Below are positions 54,713 to 63,642 of a stretch of DNA of 64,000 nucleotides, one piece after another (position 1 is the first letter of the stretch; the number at the start of each line of letters is the position of its first letter). Below the pieces are notes generated by a model that was given only the letters and a program-made list of their open reading frames with translations, was not told where the DNA came from and made no database searches. This stretch comes from a virus, in IMG/VR virus record IMGVR_UViG_3300042691_043155, positions 2,644 through 66,643 of that record; one strand, given 5' to 3'. A program made the position numbers and the translations under genes.

Positions 54713-55579
54713 ATGAAAAGAGTTAAAAATTATAACGAGTTTGTTAATGAAGGTATCTTCTTTAAGAAAGATGAATACTTGAGAGCTGAGTTAAATAAAT
54801 TATATAATACTGATGAGAATAAAGTTAGATTACAAGAAATCATTAGTACTTTCAAGAATTTAAATAAATTACAATTAATTCATAAATTAAAAAGTTTAGG
54901 TTATTCAGAATATTTAATCGATGACAAGAAACTTTATAAAGAGTTTGAAAAGTTTAAAAAAACTGGTGAACCATTTGGTTTAGAAAAGTTATTATTAGGT
55001 GATGAGATACAAAGACAAATTGTTCTTTCCAAAAGAGGTCAGTTAAGTAGATACTTAATGGAACATGGTGAAGAATTCACTTTTGGTATGTTAAGAGCTA
55101 TTTTCAAAGATGCTAAAGACGCTAAAATCTTAATGGATACTAAAACAGCTTTTTATCAAGCACTTCCAAGAGCTATTCCTACAATCATAGCACCTTTTTA
55201 TCCAATTTTAGCAATTGTTGGTTTGGTTTTAGGAACATCCAGAACATTTAATAAGTTTTTGAAACCACTTTTTAAACATATTGATTCGGAATCTAAATAT
55301 GTTGATTTCTTAAAGACGATGGTTAATTACTATATGAAAGTTCCGGAAGGTGATGTAAATGTAAAAGATCGTTTTTCGAGAGCTTTTGTTGTTACTGATA
55401 GATTAATAGATGCTGTTAAACCAGAAGTTATACAAGATTTTACAAATAAATTAATTATAAAAATGGATTCTGAACCGGATGATAAGCCGGTGCCAGATCA
55501 CTATATTGAAAATCAATTGAAGACTTATCTGAATGATAATTTTGATGTTGATCCAGAAATACCATTAAAAATAGAATAA
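54713..55579 (+). CDS. Hypothetical protein, MKRVKNYNEFVNE tag
   Basis: 288-aa ORF with one hydrophobic segment. Confidence 0.78.
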   Translation: MKRVKNYNEFVNEGIFFKKDEYLRAELNKLYNTDENKVRLQEIISTFKNLNKLQLIHKLKSLGYSEYLIDDKKLYKEFEKFKKTGEPFGLEKLLLGDEIQRQIVLSKRGQLSRYLMEHGEEFTFGMLRAIFKDAKDAKILMDTKTAFYQALPRAIPTIIAPFYPILAIVGLVLGTSRTFNKFLKPLFKHIDSESKYVDFLKTMVNYYMKVPEGDVNVKDRFSRAFVVTDRLIDAVKPEVIQDFTNKLIIKMDSEPDDKPVPDHYIENQLKTYLNDNFDVDPEIPLKIE

Positions 55580-55581
55580 TT

Positions 55582-55946
55582 ATGAAATATTTAAAGGGAT
55601 ATAATGAATCAATAAGGTTGTATGATTTGCAAGTCTTCAAAGGGAGAAAGAGAAATTATAAAACTTTTGAATAATTTAAATGTAAATTATATACATCAAA
55701 AAAAAATTCAAAGATTGTAAATATTTATCAAATTTAATTTTTGATTTTTACTTACCAGATTATGATATTTGTATAGAGTATAATGGCGCACAGCATTATG
55801 AACCATTTGATTATTTTGGTGGAAAAGAATCTTTTGAATTAGTAGTTAAAAGAGATAAAATTAAAAAAAACTTTTGTAGAAAAAATAATATTAAGTTATT
55901 TACAATATCATATAAAAAAAATATAGAAAAAGAGATAAAAAAATAA
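55582..55946 (+). pseudogene. Broken gene: MKYLKGYNES tag followed by frameshifted Vsr/DUF559-like endonuclease domain
   Basis: GCMICKSSKGEREI..HQKK / FKDC..FDFYLP..CIEYNGAQHY..FGG..RDKIK..FC; shift at A9 run 55698-55706. Confidence 0.75.
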
Positions 55947-55953
55947 TAGAGAA

Positions 55954-57786
55954 ATGTCAGCTGATAAATATAAAAAATTAACAGATAGAGAACACGTACT
56001 ACTTAGACCATCTATGTATTTGGGTTCGATGAAACCAAATATTTCAAATAAATGGGTTTTTGAAGATGGTAAAATATTAAAGAAAGAAATTAATAATGTC
56101 CCGGCTTTTATAAAGTTATTTGATGAAATAATCACCAATTCCATAGATGAGAGTCGTAGAGATGGTAGTAGATTAAATGTTATTAAAATAAATATAGATA
56201 ATGATATTGTAACCGTTTGGGATAACGGGGGAATATCTGTTGTAAAAAATAAAGATGATGAGTGGATTCCAGAGATGGTATTCTCTAATATGCGAGCAGG
56301 TTCTAATTTTTCAGATGATGAGAATAGAACTTGGGCAGGTACTAATGGTGTTGGGAGTTCTTGTGTGAATATATTTTCAGAAGAATTTAGAATATCAACT
56401 TGTGATGGTAAAAACCATTTTACTCAAGTTTTCTCTAAAAATATGAGTGAGAGATCTAATCCTATTATTAAGAAATCAAAAGCAAATCATACTGAAATAA
56501 CTTATAAACCAGATTATGAAAGATTTGGTTTAAATGGTATTGATGACGATCATTTTAAAATGATTGAGAAAAGAGTTTATGATTTAGCTGCCTGTAACAC
56601 ACATTTAAAAATATATTTTAATGACTTATTGCTAAATTTTAATACATTTGAAGATTATATTAAGTTATATACGAGTGAATACTTCTATGAAAGTAATAAA
56701 GATAAAACATGGTCTATCGCAGTTGCACTTTCAGAAAACGGATTTCAACAAGTTAGTTTTGCTAACTCTACGGAGACTTATGATGGTGGTACACACGTTG
56801 ACTACATAATGGGTCAGATAATCTCACAGATGAGAGAATTCTTCTTGAAAAAACACAAAGTTGATATTAAACCATCTGAGTTGAAAAATCATATGACACT
56901 TTTCTTAAACTCAACCGTTATCAATCCTAGTTTCTCATCACAAACAAAAGAGAAATTAATTACTGAGGTTAAAGAATTTGGTTCTACATTTGAAGTATCA
57001 ACTAAGTTTATACAACAAATACTTAAATCCGAAATTGTAAACTCTATTTTAGATTGGATTCAACAAAAAAAGAATGCTGATGATAATAAATTACAAAGAG
57101 AGTTAAATAAAAAACTATCTAAGATTAAAGTGGATAAACTAATTGATGCTAAAGGTAAAGATAGATGGAAATGTTCATTGGCTCTTTTCGAGGGAGACTC
57201 TGCTTCTGGTGCTTTTAGAAAGTATAGAACTCCTGAAACAATGGGTGCTTTCTCATTAAGAGGTAAGTTTATAAATGTTTCTGAAATATCTAATCAAAAA
57301 TTAGTTCAGAATACAGAGGCTGTTAACTTAATGGCGGCAATTGGTTTGAAATTAGGTCAGAATATAGAACTTAAAACATTAAGATATGGTAGAGTATTGA
57401 TTTACACTGATGCTGATGTTGATGGTAATTCGATATCTGGATTATTGATAAACTTTTTCTACAAGTATTGGCCTGATATGTTCGAAAGAAGAATGATTTA
57501 TAAGGTTGAAACTCCGATAGTAGTAGCAACACCTAAAGATAAAAAGAAAAAGAAAGCTCTTTTCTATACTCAAAGTGAGTACAATGATTGGGAATCTAAA
57601 ACAGACTTAAAAGGTTGGGATGTTAGTTATAAAAAAGGTTTAGCAGCTTTGGTTGATGATGAGTATGGTGACATCATTAATAATCCAAAGTTAACACTTA
57701 TAACTAAAGATGATGTCTCTGAAACTTCATTAGATGTTTGGTTTGGTAAGAATTCGGATTTAAGAAAGACTGAGTTATTAAAATGA
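55954..57786 (+). CDS. Type II DNA topoisomerase, ATPase/TOPRIM subunit (T4 gp39+gp60-like, unsplit)
   Basis: EHVLLRPSMYLGS, DEIITNSIDE, GTNGVG, FEGDSA, LRGK, TDADVDG, YKKGL. Confidence 0.96.
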   Translation: MSADKYKKLTDREHVLLRPSMYLGSMKPNISNKWVFEDGKILKKEINNVPAFIKLFDEIITNSIDESRRDGSRLNVIKINIDNDIVTVWDNGGISVVKNKDDEWIPEMVFSNMRAGSNFSDDENRTWAGTNGVGSSCVNIFSEEFRISTCDGKNHFTQVFSKNMSERSNPIIKKSKANHTEITYKPDYERFGLNGIDDDHFKMIEKRVYDLAACNTHLKIYFNDLLLNFNTFEDYIKLYTSEYFYESNKDKTWSIAVALSENGFQQVSFANSTETYDGGTHVDYIMGQIISQMREFFLKKHKVDIKPSELKNHMTLFLNSTVINPSFSSQTKEKLITEVKEFGSTFEVSTKFIQQILKSEIVNSILDWIQQKKNADDNKLQRELNKKLSKIKVDKLIDAKGKDRWKCSLALFEGDSASGAFRKYRTPETMGAFSLRGKFINVSEISNQKLVQNTEAVNLMAAIGLKLGQNIELKTLRYGRVLIYTDADVDGNSISGLLINFFYKYWPDMFERRMIYKVETPIVVATPKDKKKKKALFYTQSEYNDWESKTDLKGWDVSYKKGLAALVDDEYGDIINNPKLTLITKDDVSETSLDVWFGKNSDLRKTELLK

Positions 57787-58166
57787 TGGAAGTTTTATTA
57801 TATGGAGATTTCGGATATGAAATACTTTACATAAAATCACCAATTAGAGCAATTTATGATACAGTTGGTGATAATCACATGATAACTATCGAAAAGTCAT
57901 CTTTAAAATCAAATAGTTTGATAGAACTATCTAATGGATATTTGATTATTCGATATAATCAATATGATAGACTTGGTAATATCATAAGGTCTGTCATTTT
58001 TAATATAGTTGATTTTGGTGAAAATGATCTTAATTACTTTTTCAAATTCTCAAAAATAAAAGATGTGTATTTTGATAGAAAAGAATCTAAAAAAGATTTA
58101 ATTGATTTGGATAATTACATCAAATCTTATATAAGAGATTATAGATTAGATGAGATATTTGATTAA
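57783..58166 (+). CDS. Hypothetical protein, IRDYRLDEIF tag
   Basis: 127-aa ORF. Confidence 0.75.
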   Translation: MMEVLLYGDFGYEILYIKSPIRAIYDTVGDNHMITIEKSSLKSNSLIELSNGYLIIRYNQYDRLGNIIRSVIFNIVDFGENDLNYFFKFSKIKDVYFDRKESKKDLIDLDNYIKSYIRDYRLDEIFD

Positions 58167-58215
58167 TCTGAATTATTGAAGTAGATTTTTTGATATATAA
58201 AAGAAAAATCTAATT

Positions 58216-59631
58216 ATGAGTTACACACCTACAACCTGGGACTACACAGTAAATTCAAAGAATGAAAAGATATATAAAGATCATATTTTAAATATTGTTC
58301 AAGAGAATTTATTAACCATTTCAAAGTTTATAGATGATTTTAGAGATGACGCTCGTTATGATATAACTATTGTTCAAGATAATGTTAATGCTAAAACAGT
58401 TCATGATCCAAGTGTTTCAATTATCGGAATGTTTGTTTCTAAAATTATTGAAGGACTTGGAGTTATATTTCCAGCTGGAACAGCGGCTGCTATAATAACA
58501 ACTATTGCTTGTAAAATTATAAGTGGTATAATATCAACTTTAACCACAGATAAATCAACTGATGTTTACAATAAAATCTTAGATGCTTCTAATGATTTAA
58601 GAGATGCTTTAGAACAAGTTTGTTTTGGTATTCAATTACAAATCGGTAGATGGCTTGATGATATGAGATCAAATTGGTTGGTTGAGTTTGAGTGCGATGG
58701 TAATAAATACCCTGAATTTAAAGGTAAAGTAAAATTAGCTGATTTTGCTGACACAGAAGAATACTTCCCTAAACCAGCATCGGCTGATTATATCTTGATG
58801 AGAGAAAAGTTAAGTAAAGATTCTAAATATGAATCAGCGTCAATATTACTACCAGTTAGATGGAAAATAAGAGCTCATAGAGGATTTCCTGCTGATGGAA
58901 TATCCAATTTTGTTAAAGGTTGGACAGTTTGTTTCTATAAAGTTAGAAACAGATCAACTTGGGATAAATGGCATTCAAGTCAAGAATTTCCTAATATCCC
59001 TAGTTACTTATCTGGAGATATTGAAGGTCCTTATGAATATACAGAGAAGGGTGATGATTCTACAAAACAAAGAATTATGGGTTGGGGTCAAGAGTATAAA
59101 GATTATCCTTGGTCAGATGGTCAACAATTTAGAGATTCGAGACAATGGAATGGAACTCGATGGATGGGTATTTCTGGTAATAATAAGCTAGAGTTGGAAG
59201 ATAATAAAAACCTTAAAAGTGGAACATCTTTTAAAGATTGTGTAGATGATATATTAAATGGGTATTATAGTGGTTGGGAACAAAATACAAAAAATTATCT
59301 TCCTAAAACGCCGTCATATTATCTTTGGTATAAAACAAAAAGAAATAATGAAAATATTGAAATAATCAATGATAGAAGAATTTGGACTTTAATGGGTAAT
59401 GATTCTACAATAGATTGGGCTTATGACTCTTATGATATATTTCATTGGGGAAGAGCTTATAGAGGAATTACTTTTAATCACTATACATTAGTTGATCAAG
59501 ATAGTAATTACGCACCAAGTGTTTTATGTAAATGGTTATTCATTGATAATGGACATGGTAAAATCGTAAACGAACATGGAGTTGCTAATATGGAAGATGT
59601 TTATCACAAATGGAATTTAAAATTTGAATAA
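58216..59631 (+). CDS. Large hypothetical protein with hydrophobic hairpin and Trp-rich C-terminus
   Basis: 471-aa ORF. Confidence 0.78.
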   Translation: MSYTPTTWDYTVNSKNEKIYKDHILNIVQENLLTISKFIDDFRDDARYDITIVQDNVNAKTVHDPSVSIIGMFVSKIIEGLGVIFPAGTAAAIITTIACKIISGIISTLTTDKSTDVYNKILDASNDLRDALEQVCFGIQLQIGRWLDDMRSNWLVEFECDGNKYPEFKGKVKLADFADTEEYFPKPASADYILMREKLSKDSKYESASILLPVRWKIRAHRGFPADGISNFVKGWTVCFYKVRNRSTWDKWHSSQEFPNIPSYLSGDIEGPYEYTEKGDDSTKQRIMGWGQEYKDYPWSDGQQFRDSRQWNGTRWMGISGNNKLELEDNKNLKSGTSFKDCVDDILNGYYSGWEQNTKNYLPKTPSYYLWYKTKRNNENIEIINDRRIWTLMGNDSTIDWAYDSYDIFHWGRAYRGITFNHYTLVDQDSNYAPSVLCKWLFIDNGHGKIVNEHGVANMEDVYHKWNLKFE

Positions 59632-59632
59632 T

Positions 59633-59662
59633 AAAAAAACCCTCAATTAAGAGGGTTTTTTT
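59633..59662. terminator. Bidirectional terminator
   Basis: aaaaaaaccctc-aattaa-gagggttttttt. Confidence 0.85.
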
Positions 59663-60644
59663 ATTTAAAGAAATCTTTTATTTTATCAAGTTGTTTATTT
59701 AAAATTTGATCATTAACACAATCAATTATATATCTTAATGTTTCTTCTCTTGAATCGTCCATTTCACTTCTATCTTGTTCATCTATAATAAATTGAAGTC
59801 TAAGAAACTTATCTAGTGGTAATTGTTGGCATTCATAATCAACACATTTTGATGATGCTTGTAGCATAACCGTTGAAATAGGAACAGCCCAATTTAAAGC
59901 TCCCCACTTTTTAATTGGTCGGTGCCACCATTTTCTTCTATACCCTAACTTTTCGGAATGGAATCCGGTTCCTAATGAAAGTAATTGAATATCCTCAACA
60001 GTTATATCTGGGTTTCCATATTTATATCTAAGTGTATCCGCAACAGCTGCCATGGCTGGATTGTTAATATAAATACCACCATCAACTAAAATTCTATCAA
60101 CATCGTTATAGTTATATTCGAATGGTGATAAATATACAGGAGCCGCACTTGTTGCTCTACAAACATCTTTTAGTGGTAGATCAAATCCATACTCATTAGT
60201 TCTTCTACTTTTAAACATAACAATTTCATTATGTATTATATCATATGATGTGACAATTATTGGTTTAAGAACTTCTGATAGTCTTATATCACCAAAGTAT
60301 TCAGATAATTGATCTTCTAAACCATTCTTTTTATATTTTGGTAAAAAAATTGATCTTATTCCTCTATATTTCTTTTTTAACCAAGTGTTTTGTTTTGGGA
60401 ATATTTTATTACCATTGGTGTTGTAAAGATCTATTAGTTTATCAACTGTTAATACTGGTTTTCCATTTTTTGCCGCGGTTAATCCACATGCTATTATACC
60501 ACCAGTTGATGTACCAACTATCAAATCAAATAGTTCATAAATTCTTTTACCAGTTATATCTTCAATTCTCTTCAGAATAATTAATTCTGCTAATCCTCTC
60601 AAGCCTCCACCATCTAAGGATAAAATTTTAAACTTCTTTTTCAT
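59661..60644 (-). CDS. Patatin-like phospholipase
   Basis: ILSLDGGGLRG, GTSTGG, ATSAAP, LVDGG..NNP, LSLGTG. Confidence 0.95.
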   Translation of the reverse strand: MKKKFKILSLDGGGLRGLAELIILKRIEDITGKRIYELFDLIVGTSTGGIIACGLTAAKNGKPVLTVDKLIDLYNTNGNKIFPKQNTWLKKKYRGIRSIFLPKYKKNGLEDQLSEYFGDIRLSEVLKPIIVTSYDIIHNEIVMFKSRRTNEYGFDLPLKDVCRATSAAPVYLSPFEYNYNDVDRILVDGGIYINNPAMAAVADTLRYKYGNPDITVEDIQLLSLGTGFHSEKLGYRRKWWHRPIKKWGALNWAVPISTVMLQASSKCVDYECQQLPLDKFLRLQFIIDEQDRSEMDDSREETLRYIIDCVNDQILNKQLDKIKDFFK

Positions 60645-60697
60645 AAAATTATATATAAATAATTTACTTTTTCATATTTATTTTATAGTTTTGTATT

Positions 60698-61012
60698 ATG
60701 AGAGATCGTGCTTGGAGAAGATCAACTTATGAGAAAGTCACACTCAGAAGATTGAGAGAAAATTTGTATAAATCTTGGTGGTATTATAAAGATGCCAATG
60801 GGTATTATATACAAAATGCGGTCTTGCCTGATTATATAGGAACTGAGTATCATCGTAGTAAGAGATATATCGGTAACTATGGTAAAGATAAATATTCTCC
60901 AAATAAAAGTAATAGAAGAAAAAGTTTTCCAAGACCTGGAGATACACCAAATACAAGAGAATGGAATAAGAGATATCTATTAAAAATATTAAAAGAAAAT
61001 GGAATTAAGTGA
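60698..61012 (+). CDS. Basic hypothetical protein
   Basis: 104-aa ORF after TAGTTTTG promoter-like element. Confidence 0.7.
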   Translation: MRDRAWRRSTYEKVTLRRLRENLYKSWWYYKDANGYYIQNAVLPDYIGTEYHRSKRYIGNYGKDKYSPNKSNRRKSFPRPGDTPNTREWNKRYLLKILKENGIK

Positions 61013-61547
61013 TTTAATACCAAGAAAACCAGGATATTCTATAAGTGGAGATATTCTACATTTTAAGAAATTGATCAATATACCTATTTGTTATATTGAT
61101 ACTTATGATGTTGCTTATGTTTTCTTAGATATGAGAATAAAGAAAGAAGTAATTAGATTTGTTCAACATTTAATGAAAATTGGAATTGAATTTTATTTTG
61201 CTTATCCAGATAGTGCTAATCCATCGGGTGTTTTAAACTATAAGGAGAAAGTAATCTATCACTATTTAATTATCTATTTAGGTATCTTTGAACACGAAAG
61301 TAATGATAGAAGTTTATATCTTGGTTTAGAAAGAGTAGGTCTTGATTATTTTAAAAACTTAGTTAATTGGTGTTTAAAAGAAGATTGTTTACCAGTTTTG
61401 AAAAAGATTTACGATGAATTAAAACCAAAAGTTGAAGCTAATTTTTACGATTGGTATTCAAAAGATAAAAGATATAATTATACTGATGAAGTTAGAGAAG
61501 ATTATAAAACACTTTGGAGAGAAATACAACTTAATATGATATTATAA
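60999..61547 (+). CDS. Hypothetical protein, WREIQLNMIL tag
   Basis: 182-aa ORF. Confidence 0.75.
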   Translation: MELSDLIPRKPGYSISGDILHFKKLINIPICYIDTYDVAYVFLDMRIKKEVIRFVQHLMKIGIEFYFAYPDSANPSGVLNYKEKVIYHYLIIYLGIFEHESNDRSLYLGLERVGLDYFKNLVNWCLKEDCLPVLKKIYDELKPKVEANFYDWYSKDKRYNYTDEVREDYKTLWREIQLNMIL

Positions 61548-61575
61548 AAAAACCCACCAAATTTGGTGGGTTTTT
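61546..61575. terminator. Bidirectional terminator
   Basis: aaaaacccacca-aatt-tggtgggttttt. Confidence 0.85.
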
Positions 61576-61593
61576 ATTTTGTTATTTTTCTAA

Positions 61594-62076
61594 TTAAGAA
61601 ATTTTAACAGTTCTGTAATTAGTATTAGAAACACTTTTAGGGATCATAATTGTTAAGATACCATTATCATACTTAGCTCTTGTTTCAGATGTTTCTGCGT
61701 TATTAGGAATATTAAATTCTCTTGTAAAAGAAGAATAGTTATATTCTCTGTATGAATAATTTGTAGGTCTTTCTGATTTATTTTCAGTAGCTTTAACAGT
61801 TAAAGTTTGATACATACTGTTGTTTGAGTAAGCAACCTCAAAAGATTCTTTTGTGTAACCAGGTGCTGCGATTTCAAATACGTAACTATCAGAAGTTTCA
61901 TAAGTGTTAACACTTGGTGTAGTTGGTGTGTAGTTTACCCAGTTAGTAACTGTGTTTAATGCTGGGTTGTTTGTGAATGGTGCTACATTCCACAATGAAA
62001 ATGGAGTTTCAAGTAGAATAGAATTAGTGTTGTTAGTGTTTTCCCAGTTGAATGGGAAGTTGTTAGGTTTGTTCAT
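61594..62076 (-). CDS. Small heat-shock protein (Hsp20)
   Basis: PSVNTYET, EIAAPGY.KE, REYNYSSFTREF.IP, AKYDNGILTIMIPK. Confidence 0.92.
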   Translation of the reverse strand: MNKPNNFPFNWENTNNTNSILLETPFSLWNVAPFTNNPALNTVTNWVNYTPTTPSVNTYETSDSYVFEIAAPGYTKESFEVAYSNNSMYQTLTVKATENKSERPTNYSYREYNYSSFTREFNIPNNAETSETRAKYDNGILTIMIPKSVSNTNYRTVKIS

Positions 62077-62186
62077 TTATTAGATTTATTTTTTATTTTA
62101 TATTATTGATAATTAAAATAGTTTAAAAACTATAAAACATAATAACATATTTATACTATATACATTATAAAAAATAATAACATGGA

Positions 62187-63158
62187 ATGTTAGTAGATTT
62201 AATTATTGATGGTAACTATATTTTAAGTCGTTTAGTTTTTACTTTACACAAAAATAATTTACTTTATGGTGCTTTACACCAATCATTAGAAAACACAATA
62301 AGAAATTACAGAAAATGGTTTCCTTTTGCGAACGTTTATTTAGTTTCTGACTCTAAAGAAAAATCTTGGAGAAAACAAATTATAAGTGAATATAAAGCCA
62401 CTAGAAAAAAAGATTCAGATATAGATTGGAATTTTGTTTATCAAACATATGGAGAATTTAAAGAAGAGATTAAATCAATCTCTAAAATTTTAGAAGCACC
62501 TCACGTAGAAGGTGATGACTGGATTTCTTTTTTAGTTGAAAAGGCAAACTCAGAAGGTCGTTCAACTGTGATTGTATCAAATGACTATGATATTAAACAG
62601 ATAGTTAATTTTGGTGTTGATCCTTTATACATTAATATTATGACTAATGAAATGTATAATAAAGAAAAACTTTTCTTACCTAAAAACTATCAAATATTTT
62701 TAAACAAGTTATCTAAATTACCAAATGATGATATTTTTGATCTAAATGATAATAGTGAGTTTATTGGACTTTTGAATAGATTTCTTAATAAATATGAGAT
62801 TAATGAAATTAACTCAACAGAATCATTAATTATTAAGATTATATCAGGTGATACATCTGATAATATTGAATCTGTTTGGTCACAAGTTAAAAATGGTAAG
62901 AAAAGAGGAATTGGTGCGAAAGGCGCGAAAACTATTTATGATCAGTATATATCAGAGTTTGGTGAAGTAAATTTAAAAGATCCAGATTTATATGAGAATA
63001 TAGCGGACTTAATTTGTGAGAAAAAGAAATTAAGTAAAACTAAAATTGAAGATATAGTTGATAATATTAAAAGTAATATGAAACTAATTGATCTTAGAAT
63101 AAATAACTTACCAACAGATATTGTTGATAAAATGTATAATGTTTATGATAAAATTTGA
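62187..63158 (+). CDS. rnh: RNase H / 5'-3' flap exonuclease (T4 rnh-like)
   Basis: IIDGNY, SWRK..EYKATR, VEGDDWI, VSNDYDIKQ, ISGDTSDNI. Confidence 0.88.
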   Translation: MLVDLIIDGNYILSRLVFTLHKNNLLYGALHQSLENTIRNYRKWFPFANVYLVSDSKEKSWRKQIISEYKATRKKDSDIDWNFVYQTYGEFKEEIKSISKILEAPHVEGDDWISFLVEKANSEGRSTVIVSNDYDIKQIVNFGVDPLYINIMTNEMYNKEKLFLPKNYQIFLNKLSKLPNDDIFDLNDNSEFIGLLNRFLNKYEINEINSTESLIIKIISGDTSDNIESVWSQVKNGKKRGIGAKGAKTIYDQYISEFGEVNLKDPDLYENIADLICEKKKLSKTKIEDIVDNIKSNMKLIDLRINNLPTDIVDKMYNVYDKI

Positions 63159-63642
63159 TTTTGATAAAGCTATTTCAAAATGGTCTCCTGTAATAGAGAA
63201 TACCATAATGAAACACAAATATACTTATTGTAGAGATTTAATTGAATCAATAAGTATATTTTGTGAATGGTTTTCTCGGAATGAAGATCAAAAAATTAAT
63301 CAATATAATCAATATGCCAGTACTTGTACTACATTAGGTCAGATACCTAATGGTACACCGGGTAGTGGTGATTATGAAAATCCATTACCAGGTAAGCTTA
63401 AAGATATTTATGAAAAATTAAAATCAATTGATCTTAGAGTTGAAATAGTTGGTGAGTATTTGAATATGGCAACTGGACAAGTTGAATATAAATTAGCTGA
63501 TGGTAGGTATATACCAAAAGATTTTAAAAACTTTAAACCATCAGAGGATATTTATTTACAAGTTTTCGATCATGATTTCCTAACTTTTTGGAAACCGGAT
63601 ATTATAAGAGATTGGAAACTTAATAATATTTTAAATGGCTGA
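63145..63642 (+). CDS. Hypothetical protein with KWSPVIE N-terminal motif and IRDWKLNNIL tag
   Basis: Start set at MIKFDF. Confidence 0.72.
   Translation: MIKFDFDKAISKWSPVIENTIMKHKYTYCRDLIESISIFCEWFSRNEDQKINQYNQYASTCTTLGQIPNGTPGSGDYENPLPGKLKDIYEKLKSIDLRVEIVGEYLNMATGQVEYKLADGRYIPKDFKNFKPSEDIYLQVFDHDFLTFWKPDIIRDWKLNNILNG

Noticed and set aside
3601-60956. Short antisense/nested ORFs (e.g. 3601, 5056, 5668, 7314, 8863, 25300, 27020, 28586, 36506, 43953, 54014, 58895, 60338)
   Set aside because: Lie within better-supported genes and lack motifs or start context
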